DNA of 63,874 bases, the filler included, from Craspedostauros australis (taxonomy: Eukaryota), in the NCBI GenBank assembly GCA_030167865.1. It is 6 parts of 6 records of this genome, joined end to end, with 100 filler letters (N's around TTAATTAATTAA, not from the genome) between each part and the next. Parts side by side here need not be neighbours in the genome. Positions count along the whole stretch, not along the records: positions 20,615 to 25,460 come from JALAGF010006641.1; positions 25,561 to 32,909 come from JALAGF010006642.1; 4 more parts are not named here. One strand, given 5' to 3'. The notes beneath the pieces were generated by a model that saw only the letters and a program-made list of their open reading frames with translations, was not told the DNA's origin and searched no databases. Made by a program: the position numbers and the translations under genes. Within the stretch, counting starts at the first letter, position 1. Every line of letters begins with the position of its first letter. Below are positions 20,669-33,009 of the stretch, piece by piece.

Positions 20669-23600
20669 GTGAAAGCGCTCGGGACTGTGGAGTGGCACGT
20701 TCTGGATGTGACGGGCAGCCCGCGTACGCTACGACTACCCGCCTTCCATGTGCCTCAATCACGCGTCAAGCTCATCAGCACGTCAAGCCTCTTGGAAGAA
20801 TACCCTGGTGAGACCATCACCTTTGACAAGACCTCCTGCAAACTCAGCGGAATTAAGGGAAGCGACAACCGAAACGCAATCATCGCGATCTACAAGAAGA
20901 CGACGAAGCTCCCCACCTCAACTGGATATGGCTCGGACAACATCCACGACCTTCCATCGGCACTCTCCTCAATCGTCTCAACTGTCTCGGAACACAACGT
21001 GAATATATCCGAACCGCAAAAAGAACTCCTTCGATGGCATTATCGCCTCGGACACTTATCCTTCGGTCGAGTGAAGTTCCTATTGCGATCGGGTGTGCTC
21101 ACAGGGTCCGAAGCATCAAAGAAGATGCACACGGCAGCTGCCAAAGTGATGAGCCTCCCCCTCTGCGCTGCGTGTCAGTTCGGAAAACTGCACCGACGCC
21201 CATCACCAGGTATAACTCAGCATGTTGTCCGTGACAGACAAGGAGCCCTACGCACCGATCACCTGTTCCCTGGCCAACAAGTATCCGTTGACCACTTCAT
21301 CGGACGCACACCAGGACGCCTCTTCTCAGGACGAGGAAAAGGCGACCCAACCGACATGCACAAGGGAGGAGCCATCTTCGTAGACCATGCTTCAGGTTAC
21401 ATCCACGTGGAACCGGTGGCCGCCCTCACGACTCATGCTACTCTAGAAGCAAAAGAGAAGTTTGAGCTTATGTGCCGCGATGTAGGCGTACCCGTCAGAT
21501 CCTACCTCTCGGACAACGCCACTACATTCACATCGCCAGAATACACGAGACACCTCGAGGCCTTCCATCAGGTCCACCGGTTCGCCGGTGTTGGGGCGCA
21601 TCACCACAACGGGATAGCTGAAAGAAGCATCCGAACTATTGTGTCAATGGCTCGGACCATGATGATGCACCAAAGCATCCACTGGCCAGACATCTTCGAT
21701 GCGCAACTGTGGCCGATGGCCGTGGTGCACGCGGCTTACATCTACAACCGTGTCCCTAACCCAGCAACAGGGCTAACCCCCTACGATATACTTGCTCGTA
21801 TCCGACTTCCGCTCAAGCAACTACACAACTTGCATGTGTGGGGCAGCCCCGTTTATGTACTGAACAAAGCGCTGGCTGATGGACGCAAGATCCCGCGCTG
21901 GGAACCAAGAGGCGAACGATACGTGAACATGGGCCTCTCAACAAAGCACGCGTCCACGGTCCCTCTAGTACTGTCGTTGCGGACTGGATCTATCACACCG
22001 CAGTTTCATGCTGTGTTCGACGACTGGTTCGCCACCATATCAACGGACCCCAAACACTTGCCCGACTATCAGTCTGATGAATGGACGCGGATGTTTGGAG
22101 ACACGACGTTTCAGTACCCATTTGACGAAGATGATGTGGAAGCCATGGAACAAGAGGACACCTTCGCGTCGGACGCCGTCGATCAGGAACGCCTGCGACG
22201 CAATGATGCTCCGGTTCCAGGAACTTCTCCGCCAGTTGTATACCAACCACCACCCGAAAGGCGAGAAGCAGGAACGGCTCCGGTACCCCCAGGCGAAGAG
22301 CTCCCGGTAACTCCGCCAATGGTTGACCCCCTCAGCGATTCCTTGGCCTCTCGGATGCAAGCCTCAGAGGGAGAGGTGCCACGAGTACAGCCAACTGAGG
22401 GAGCCGCAAAGAGTTCGCTAGAAGTCGCACCAGCAGAGCAATTAACTCCACGGGTTCCACGACCGGAACCCACACCGGTACCGCCGATCACCTTGAAGCA
22501 GGAACCGGCATCCCAAGTCTACACGCGAACATCCTCTCCAGTCCCCGTTATAGACGAAGCAGTCCCAACACAGAGGCCGCGGAGCACGCGAGCGCGCAAG
22601 CAACCCCTGCGTTTCACTTACCAACGCTTGGGAGGCAAAGCCGCGTGGCTGGATGACGAGGACGCCGAAGAGTACTACCTCTGCCCAGCGGTAGCCAGCA
22701 TGCATGAGGACGAACATGATGAGACAGTGCTCCAATTGCACCCTGACTCACCCTCTCTGATGAAATTCTCACACGCCATTCTCGACTGTCTCAAAACAAT
22801 TGAACCTCTCCAACGAAAAGGCACCGACTCTCTCTCCATCGATCTTCACCAATTCAAGGTGGACGCCCACTACCTACTACGTCGATTGAGGCTACGTTTC
22901 AAGACTTTGAATCCGCACGCCCCAAACTGTTCGCTCCCACCACTTGAGCCGAAGCACGACAACCGCAAAACGGAAGCCTACATCAACATGGCTGATTGGT
23001 GGGTCCCCGACCCCCACACCATGAACGACGAAGGCCTCGTCGACTTCGATGAGGTCTACGAGGACCTCTACAACGACATGACGGCGTACTTCGACGAGGG
23101 TCTTAATCAACTCATCTGCAGCGAGAGCAACAGGACCCTACTGACAAACTACGCAGTAGAGAAGCTCATCAACAAGCTTAGCGAATTCATCCGCACCGGT
23201 GCTACAAGCCCTGACTTCGACGCCCTGGACTTCCTGCGACACGCAAAGAGGGGCGGATGGCACAAAGACGATATCGAGACTTCGCTACGTGCGGGTGTGC
23301 TCCCACCAAAGAGCAACACAACCGCTAGCACCCTGTGGAAGCGAGCACAGTCTGTGTGGACCGAGATTGGTCATCACCCTCGTGCTCGCCTGATGTACGA
23401 ACTGTTCCGACGCCAGATCACCACTCTGCGTCCTGGACCATGGCCGTTGCCGAATGAACGCGATGTGAACGAATTTGCTCTGGAATTGTGGCCTTTCAAC
23501 GCGAAACCTTTGTTAACAGAGCCCAACACACGAAATTCGAACAACAAAACATCACCACATTCTCTCCTGCGTGTCGACCCAACAACGATCCTGGACACCA

Positions 23601-25366
23601 ACAACATTATCCCGTCAACTGACTGGGTCAACATCGAACAACACGCCTACGCTGCATCACTTGTCGAACCCAGTTCTGACACGACCAACTACCCTATCTA
23701 CGTGGACGACCACATGATGAGCTACTTCGTCACAGGCGGCGACTTCGACATCACGGAACGCTCAACAGCCTACAAAGCATCAACCAACGATCCAGACACT
23801 CTCTCCTTCGATGAAGCCCTCAAGGACAACAACAAAGAAGAGTGGATGCAGGCTGCAAGCAAGGAGATCAAGGAACTCACCGAAAAAGGCACCTGGGAAG
23901 AAGTGGACAGAACCCGTGTCTTCGACCCAGTCTACCCTGGAACGTGGGTCTTTCGTCGCAAGCGCCTCCCAGATGGAACCATCAAGAAATACAAGGGCCG
24001 CTGGTGCTGTCGAGGCGATCTTATGAAAGAAGACGCCTCCACCTACGCTCCCGTCGTGGCATGGTCGTCTGTCCGTATCTTCCTGAGCACCGCCATCGTG
24101 ATGGGTTGGCCCACGACCTCTATCGACTTCACCAACGCCTTCGTCCAGGCCAAGATCCACAAGCCTGTCTACCTCTGCCTCCCTCGCGGATTCAAATCCA
24201 GCAAGGGCGCCAACACGTGCCTCAAGCTCAACAAAAGCTTGTACGGTTTGACTATTGCTCCCCGCCTCTGGTATGATCACCTCATCAAGGCACTTCTCGG
24301 CGAAGGATTCAAGGCATGCGATCAGGAACAATGTCTGTTCATCAAGCCGGAGATCATGATCGTGCTCTACGTTGACGACGCTGGCATCGCGTCCAAAACA
24401 CAGAAGGTGGCGGACGCATTCATCGTGTCGATGCGCGAACGTGGGTTCGAGCTCACTCGGGAAGGCAGCTTCACGGAGTTCCTGGGAATTGAGCTACTCA
24501 GGGACCCCAAGTCGGACTGCATTCATCTCCGCCAGCCAGGACTTATTCAGAAGGTTCTCGCTTCCACAAGAATGACTAACTGCAGCCCATGCCCTGTACC
24601 AACGACACAGATTCCGCTCGGAAGGGACACAGGCGGACCACTCTTCGACGAGAAGTGGAACTATCGCTCCGTCGTCGGCATGTTGCTCTATTTGACAACG
24701 AACACGCGCCCTGACCTCGCCTTCGCCGTCTCTCAAGTCGCTCGCTTCGGGCACGACCCGCGCCGCTCCCACGGAAAAGCGATCAAACGAATCATGCGCT
24801 ACCTCAAGAGCACCGAGAGCATGGGTACGATCGTCAATCCTACGGGCAAGCTCGACCTCAAGTGTTTCGTGGACGCCGACTTCGCCGGACTCTACAAGCG
24901 CGAAGACGACACGAGCGCAACTTCCGTCACTTCCCGCACCGGATACCTCATCACATTGGGTGGGTGCCCGCTGATCTGGAAGTCAAAACTCCAGACGGAG
25001 ATCGCTCTCTCCACCATGGAAGCGGAATACGCGGCCCTGTCCCTGGCTATGCGCGCACTCATCCCCATCCAACAGCTCATCCGCCAAGTCATCGACAACG
25101 CCGGCACAAGCATGCCGCTGCACACGCAGCTCCAATGTACGGTGTTTGAGGACAACCAGGGATGTATTGCGCTCGCCACCAACCATCAACCTACGGCACG
25201 CACTAAACACTTCCTGACCAAGTGGCACTTCTTCTGGTACTGGGTCAAGGCAGGGTTCATTTGCATCACACACATCGCCACAACCGAACAACCCGTCGAC
25301 ATCTTCACAAAGGGGCTGGCGGTCGTTCTCTTCGAGTATCTGCGCAAGCAGATTATGGGCTGGTAA
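20669..25366 (+). mobile_element. pol: Ty1/copia LTR retrotransposon pol (integrase-RT-RNase H), 5'-truncated by the contig end
   Basis: Uninterrupted 1565-aa frame. HHCC (WHYRLGH...CAAC), integrase D-D-E (VSVDHF, SDNA, NGIAER), RT YVDD, RNase H (FVDADFAG, STMEAEY, FEDN, DIFTK). The INT-RT-RH order identifies copia. Confidence 0.96.
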
Positions 25367-25427
25367 AACCAGCAACACCAAGGATGGAGTTTTCTTCGAA
25401 ATCTACGTCTTGTCACGACACAACACT

Positions 25428-25438
25428 GAGAGGGAGAG
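25428..25438 (+). other. Polypurine tract of the copia element, probably followed by the start of the 3' LTR
   Basis: GAGAGGGAGAG about 60 bp after the pol stop; the contig ends about 20 bp later. Confidence 0.7.
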
Positions 25439-25504
25439 TTGAAGTTCAACTAAGAACCGANNNNNNNNNNNNNNNNNNNNNNNNNNNNNNNNNNNNNNNN
25501 NNNN

Positions 25505-25516
25505 TTAATTAATTAA
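25505..25516. other. Artificial contig-joining linker
   Basis: TTAATTAATTAA flanked by N runs. Confidence 0.97.
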
Positions 25517-25947
25517 NNNNNNNNNNNNNNNNNNNNNNNNNNNNNNNNNNNNNNNNNNNNACGGCGGCATGAGAATGGATTTCACGAAGTGCTCCTACCC
25601 AGAGCGTATCACCATGGAACAGTTGTAAACATGAATCCGATCGAAATGGCAGCAAACACATCTACCATACGTACAAACAGTATTCTTCGCGCGGCCTGCA
25701 TACTACGAGTTGTGTGGACGGAGGAGCTTGGCAGGTTGCAATGTATTATATTACATGTGCTTCTGTGAAGACGCTATAACATGTATCATATGATGGAGTA
25801 GATTGTTCATTCTTCAATCCTCGGGCTTCGATGGCATCCCTCATCCCGTGGTCAAGGATTGTACCACGGTTTGGTGATAGACCAACATCTGCCTTCATTG
25901 TTGCTACAGGAGCTGGATGCACGAGTATCCGTACTCATTGAGTGGTC

Positions 25948-28900
25948 TCATTCAGAGCTCTTCGGCGACTTGCTTGATTTGGATGACTTGGGGGACTTGG
26001 TCTTGCTCTCCTTTGATGACTTGTCCGATTTGTATGATTTCGCCCCCTTCGTGCTGCGCATGTGAGATGGTTGGGAGGAAGGGAAGGACGACAGCGTGGA
26101 CGACGGTGTGGATGACGGCGCGGATGGCGGCATCTTCGAGTTGCCGTTGCAGAATTCCAGTGAACCCATGAAGTACTCAAAATCACCCTCGTAGAGAGGA
26201 GGGGGATTATCACCGACAACAGCACTCGCCGTTCCCGTAAAGATAGTGAATGGACAATTGTTGCAATCAATCCAGTCTGGAGGGATGGGAATGATGGTGT
26301 TCGAGAATTCATTCCCTGCTTTTGTTAGTGTATCGATACGGATGGAGATCACGTCGTCGCTTTGGGACAAAGCCAAAGGTTGGTCGAATGGAATCACGTC
26401 TGTGAATTCACCATTACCTCTGGCCTCGATCGTTCCCGATGCAATTTCTGTCCAATTCCCAGGTGCATCCCAAGTACTTGGACGGTAGAAGATTGCGAAA
26501 TTTTGGTTCCCCGTCGATGGCAGGACAAGCCTCATGCCTGTGATGTCGACACTACCCTGAATCTGAATGTCGTGTCGCACTGAAGCGACCGTGTCGTCAA
26601 AGAAGCCTCTTGGGAGACCTGCTGTTTTTGCGTCGCGGCAGGTGTCTGTTGGTGCCTGTGTGGGGCCTGCGGATGGCTGGATTGTTGGCGATGTTGTCGT
26701 AGTGGGGGAAGCAGATCCAGTTGGCATCTCGGTGCTCGAATCCCGACAGAATTCGAGGATGCCGAAGAAGAAGGGGAACTCATCGCGGAAATTGGGCGGG
26801 TTGTTTCCAACTTCGAGGCTACCTTGTCCGCTGAATACCTCGAATGGGCAGTCTGGGCAGTTGACAAAGAACTCTGGGATCACACGCGGAGATGATGAGG
26901 TAATAGTCCTCAACCTGTCGGCCATGTCAATGCGGAAGGATACAATGTCATCATCCGCAGACACCACCACGGGCTGATCAAATATGAGGGAAGGGGTGAA
27001 GCCAGACGAGTCCGTTTCTCCGTTGTTTCCTGATGCAATCTGAGTCCAGTCGCCATCGGCATCCCAGGCGCTTGGACGGAAGAAGATCGTGTATGGCATG
27101 TTGGTGAATTCAGGAGCCACGACGATCTTGATGGCGGTGAATTCGATGCTGTCCAGTATGCGAACATCGAATCTGAATGACTCAATGCGCTCATCGAAGC
27201 GAGAGGCGGCGATCGCTGTCGAATCCCACGTGCCACAAATTCCGGTTGGGACAGACGAGGGGGTCACACTCGGAACATTCGATGGAGGCGATGACATTGA
27301 TGGTGCCACAGAAACGGATGGTGTCACGGTTGGTGATCGACTGAGATCGACTTTCACGCTCACCGTCGCACACATGGGTGTGGTCGAGTCATCATCGATG
27401 TTGGATACCGAAATAACGATCCCATCCAGCAAAGACGACTGGNNNNNNNNNNNNNNNNNNNNNNNNNNNNNNNNNNNNNNNNNNNNNNNNNNTCATCATC
27501 GATGTTGGATACCGAAATAACGATCCCATCCAGCAAAGACGACTGGGCATCAATTCTGTACGATGGTTCTGTCAGGTCCAGGATGGCCTCCAGATCGGAG
27601 AATCGAGTCTCGGTGCTGTGGTCTTGTGCCCTTGTCACGAGGACCTGATCCCTGCCCAGTGGAGAATCGGCGTTGAAGCCGATGGCTCTGTTGAAGGCGA
27701 TGTAGTAGTTCAATTCACTCTCAGGATCGTCAATTCGGATGATGACGTCGAAGCTGGTGTCAGCGGGGTCATAATCGACCACTCCGCAGAGNCTTCCNTC
27801 NAAGTCGATGTNTTGACCTCCGGTGAGCAATGTGGTCTGATCGGAGTACCACCCCATCACCCAGCTCTTGGCACCTATGTGTGGTGGAGGGGCAGGCACA
27901 TGGGTAATTGTATTGAAGGGGTGGGTTTGCAGCAAGAACATGAGGGCGTGAAATGATTTGGCGCGGACGTAAGAACGAAACGATGGAGAAGGGAATGATT
28001 GGTGAGACAGTGTACGTAGAGTGTCGCATCGCATCGCATATGATGAGGTGACACGACTCCTCCTGCAACGGAATCATTTGGGCCCTGGCTCTCCACAAGG
28101 CGATGGCGCCGTAGCACTTACCGTTGTACCCTCTCTTATTGTTCAGAGTTTCATTAAAAAATGGACTAAAAACTGCTCCGCCCATCGCGCCGCTGCGGAA
28201 TAATAGTCGATGTTGGGGTCGGAATCCATTGACCGGAGGACGTCAACAACGAGGAAGAGGATACACGAAGACGGAGGTTAGATGGACTTTGAACGATAAA
28301 CAGGTTTCCTGTCATGTGATGAGGACCAGAACATAGCAGACGCGTCCAATGTGCTCTCTCCGGAGTTTGATTGTGTGCGTTCTTGTGTCCGGTTGTCCAT
28401 CCGTCCACAAAGATTGATGCAGAATGTCACAGATCGCCTCCAACCTCTCTCTCTGTCTCTGCTGGCGCATTGACTGTGCTTACCTGCGATCTCCGAACTC
28501 TTCCCCGTTCCGATTGGAAGTGCCAAGCCCAAAGTTGCGACCGAGTCCGCTGATGATGAAGCGTAGGTTGGCCGCCCAGTGCGTGCCTGGATAGTTTCTG
28601 ATACCGTTGTACACGCTGATCTTATCGCTGAAATAAGAGTACGCTGTGAATCAGTGGTGTGTCGGTTACATCGTTGCGCGCGCGTTGATAATCGAGAGAG
28701 TTTGATTCGCACGGAAGAAAGATGATATTACACGCTGGAGTGAGATGAGTTAGATAGGAGGATGATCACGGGTCGAGCTCGTCACGATACCAGTGCGTAC
28801 TGTTGATGAGGAAGATACAAGTTGTGTGGTCCTTGTTGGCACTTACAGGTCCAACCAGTTCCAAAGTCATCCAACCCGAACGGAACCAGGATCAAGAAGA

Positions 28901-29876
28901 AATCAAAGTCATCATAGATCTTCACCTCCTGCTTCAGATATTGCGAGATGAGATTATCAACTGTTGTTGCCCGGAGAGTGGTGGGATCAAGGTCAGGGGG
29001 AAACTCAACTGTCAAAATCCCATCATCTGTCCCATTCGTCGGCATGGGGGAGAGCCTCAGCTTGTCAAAAGACATGGCCGCGAACTGGTCGGTGAAGTTG
29101 GGCTGAGCGCCGAAGATCTCGTCTTTGATGAGGGACTTGGGAACTGTGTAGTTGGTTTGGAAGACGACCTGGATGAGGAGGAACTTCTTGTCGCCAGAAC
29201 CAAAGACATCAGGAGTGGTCAGAGAACGACCATGTCCATGCCCATCGCTTTGTTCGCTTGGTTGACGATTCTCGATCTTCATGTCATTGACGGTCGTCAA
29301 GTCCGGAAGCTTCAAGGAGAAGTCGGTGACATCGATGATGACGTTCTCCAGAAACAACGTGGACTTGGAAGAGGAAAATGGCCACGCACGGTGGTTCTTA
29401 GCCCATTCCGGCGTCAGTCCTTCGATGGCCAAATGCACAGGCCCATGTTCTTCCTCATCGGAGCCTTGGAGCATGCAAGATAAGTCAGTTGTATCCGTTC
29501 CGTCGGCAGCGCCAATGATACGTGCCGAGACGAGGCAGGGCTCCTGTAAGATTCAGTTGTTGGTTGTGTGATGAAGGACGTGACGCGACGTGATGTGATG
29601 TGACGCGTTGCGATGTAGAATACAAGGTGCAGAATGATGGTTGAGTTGAGGATGAGGTCATTGAATTGGATGCACGTACGCGTATGTCTGTGGATGCGGA
29701 TGCGGCAAGGCGAGAATGCCAGCAAAGAAGGAGCCCCCACACGTCGAGACAGCAGCGACAGTTGCCATCTTGCTCGTACTCACCGTCAACTTTGACATCG
29801 GGGATGCCGCTGCCGTAGCGGCAAGCGCCGCAAGCACCACAGCAGCAAGGATTCGTTGGTAGAAGTGAGAATGCAT
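25948..29876 (-). CDS. Secreted peptidase M11 (gametolysin)-like protein, predicted catalytically inactive, with two tandem ~140-aa domains, P/S/T linkers and a KxxK tail
   Basis: Phase-consistent GT-AG exons: 29876-29784, 29543-28847, 28643-28484, 28192-28122, 27874-25948 (the last spans a closable gap). Signal peptide present. M11-like strings FTDQFAAMSFDKL, SYSYF..ISVYN, FGDRSGAMG, YNGAKSWVMGWY, YYIAFNRAIGFN. Confidence 0.8.
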
Positions 29877-30937
29877 GGCTTTTCGTCATCAACGAGATGA
29901 AGGATTTATGAGATGATTTGGAGCACTCGTATTGGCCTGGTATCCACGAGTAGGTGGGTGAGCAGGAAAGCGCCTGTCGTAGAATAGTAGAGTAGCCACG
30001 CGTACGCCGGTGGGTTGCTGCGTATGAGCACGCATACGACTATGAGTTGCTTGCACACGCATCACATGTCATGGGTGGGTGGTACTGGTGGCGAAGTAAA
30101 TTGGTACTGATGTCGTCAGAACAACCCATTTATGGACTGACCTCTGTTAGGAATTGAGGGTACGACTTTGTCGGAATACCCATGATTGCCGCACCTCCCA
30201 ACATTGTTCGTCACAGCTTTGAATATTATTCGTCACATGTTCTGAGACTATTTGTCACACCTTTATATGCCATGTCAATATGACTATGACTAAGGGTACG
30301 GACGCGATTGATCCCTGCACTACCGTGAGGAAGATAGCCTGTCCTCCAGTAACGCAAGAACGACACCTATGGCAGATCAGGAGGTCCCGATACCAAGCCA
30401 ACCATGGCAACCATGCAGACAACGACGTCGATCAGAACGGCAAGTCCAATGGGCAGGTGACGCACCTTCTTCAGAGGACAGCACGCGCCCCTCCTGCGGA
30501 CAAGAACATCCGCAGGTTTGGAACATCAGAAAGGNNNNNNNNNNNNNNNNNNNNNNNNNNNNNNNNNNNNNNNNNNNNNNNNNNNNNNNNNNNNNNNNNN
30601 NNNNNNNNNNNNNNNNNNNNNAGATAGGCAAGAGCTCAAGACTGCAGATCCCTACCATGCAAGCGTAGACAGCTACGACGATGCAGAGACAAGGAAGCAA
30701 GAACAGAGCATGATGAATGAAGAGGGAAGCACCTAAGAGACAACAGGATGCCCCGTGTCGCCACCGTGACAGATGCCTGCCATGAAGACGAAATCGGAAG
30801 AGAAAGTGAGATTGTGCTCACAGTTCTAAAACGGTACAGTTTCTAACAGCAGATTAGAATTTAGTACTAACTATAACCCCGGATTTCCAACAGACATTGA
30901 ATGCTATTGTGAGGCTATTGGCGAACTCATCTCTCCT

Positions 30938-31625
30938 ATGATCACCTGTAGGCCAGCCATCGCTTTTCCCATCGTGAAACTCTTGCAATTCTTGGCGAGG
31001 CTGGCCATAGATCATTTNNNNNNNGCCAAGCAGGTTTCTCGATATCTCTTCCACACTCCCGCTCAAGGCATCGCGCTGCATTGCACCGACGCTGTCCCTG
31101 CACTACTGCCCATGCCTGTTTCAGCCAAGCAAACACCAGTGCATGATGATGTATTTGGCCATCCAGCAGAACAACCCAATGTCCTCTAACGGTATGCTGA
31201 CAGTGATTGGGCCATGGATACTCAGCAACAACAGTCGGTGTCGTCCATCGTTTTCCATCTCGCTGCTGCTGCCGTTGCATGGAAACCGAGAGTGCAGATC
31301 ACGGTCGCCATGTCCAGCACAGAGGCTGAACCTCTCTGTGCTTCTGATGCTGGCCACATGGCATTATGCATTTGTTGCATCCTTGACAAGCTTGGTGTAC
31401 TTCAGTGGTGTGGTACAGTGCTGTGTGAGAACAACTGAATTGCGCTCATGATGGCCAACGCACGGCAGCCCTCGCGTCGCACACGCCACGGCGCCATTCA
31501 ACATTTTGCTGTTCAACAGTGGGCGGAAAACGACCACATTGCGTTTGCAGAAACTTGTCTGCTTTGATCGCTGCCAACATGTCTACCAAGCAGACCTCTC
31601 TGCCCCTCTTCATGAGGAACTGGGA
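30938..31625 (+). pseudogene. Degenerate Ty1/copia RT C-terminus and RNase H
   Basis: Fragments TCRPAIAFPIVKL, KQVSRYL, GYADSDWAMD, AVAWKPRVQITVAMSSTEAE and RQPSRRTRH..IQHFAVQQW, spread over several frames with stops. Confidence 0.85.
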
Positions 31626-32299
31626 CCACGTCTCCGGAGTGATGTCCCTGTGTGGCCAGCAACATGAAGCGAGCGGCGGCTGCAACTGAATAGAGTAGTT
31701 ACATACTTTCGGATCGTTTGGTCGTCCCAGTCCATCAATTGTAGCGGGTGTCACAGTCTGGAAATTGTCCATCTGTGTGGACAGAGACTTCACGCTTTTA
31801 CTCCACCTCACACCGAAATCATAGTTCTTGTGTTCTCTGCTTTGTACAGGCTCTCACACCATACACTCATCACAATGGATGCAGAATAGCTACTTTGTAC
31901 CACACATGAGCTTGCTTTGGTTGGAGGAGCACCCATGCACATTTTACATATGTTTTTTTTGTATGTGCGGTGATGCTTTGTTTGTGTACTTCATTGGACT
32001 CCATCGGCCAGCAGTTACATTCCAGCTTTCCACTGTCGCAAAGATCGGAGATTGATGGGTTCCATCCAGGATTCTGAGGTTTTGACCTTCTGTAGAAGTA
32101 ACTGTGTCATGGACATACATAGCAGGCATTCCAGTTCAATGCATCCTCAGACTGAGATGATGATGGAGAGTGATGCTGTGATCAACAACATGGTTGATGG
32201 TTGTGTTGGACATTTGTGGATAGTCCTGTCCACACTGTTCGACATCAGGTGTTGGATCCAATCCATGTTGACACCATCGTCTCTCCGGCATTTGCGACT

Positions 32300-32720
32300 C
32301 CCCCACTAAATCCATACAGCTGCAGCAAAGCAAAGTAGGCTGGATGGCCATGATTTAGGGCGGATGGGCGATGCAGTGGAGTGCGCAAGCACCTCCCATG
32401 GTACCTCACAATCGCAGGCGCGCCCTCAACTACTTCACAATTGGCAGGACAGTGTCACCAACCTCATGTGGCACATGACACTGATGCAATGGCAGGACCA
32501 GACCGAGGTCAAGGCGTCCCAGACTTCCGATGACACGACGCCTGTGCTGCTCCAATATTTTCAGATGCTGCGACCATGCCTGCCAACCACCATCCCTGCA
32601 GTCCTGTACCCACTTTGGGAGCATCATCCGCACACTGAGCAGACCGCCCAGCTCATTCCGTGGGTCCAAGCCATGCACCAAGGCCTTGGAGGCAATGNGN
32701 CACCAGCCACAGCAGTGCTT
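32300..32720 (+). pseudogene. Possible decayed non-LTR (LINE) ORF2 C-terminal fragment
   Basis: Trp-spaced fragments QQSKVGWMAMI*GGWAMQW and NWQDSVTNLMWHMTLMQWQ resemble the C-terminal region of protist LINE ORF2. Heavily disrupted. Confidence 0.35.
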
Positions 32721-32953
32721 GTGAACTGGAAATGGAACTATAGGCGGATCGCACCCTGAGACGATTCCCCTGCCACCACAACATTGCCAGCAAACAGACC
32801 TGCCAAATGGACACAGCCCTCTCTCCCAACACGATCATAATACTCACACATCCGTTCCCACTGTGTGCAGACATGGAGAATAAACAAGGCAGAATCAAAG
32901 CGCCCCCCCNNNNNNNNNNNNNNNNNNNNNNNNNNNNNNNNNNNNNNNNNNNN

Positions 32954-32965
32954 TTAATTAATTAA
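32954..32965. other. Artificial contig-joining linker
   Basis: TTAATTAATTAA flanked by N runs. Confidence 0.97.
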
Positions 32966-33009
32966 NNNNNNNNNNNNNNNNNNNNNNNNNNNNNNNNNNN
33001 NNNNNNNNN

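Noticed and set aside
30100..30860. Possible LTR or gag of the degenerate copia
   Set aside because: No second LTR, PBS or gag motif could be identified.
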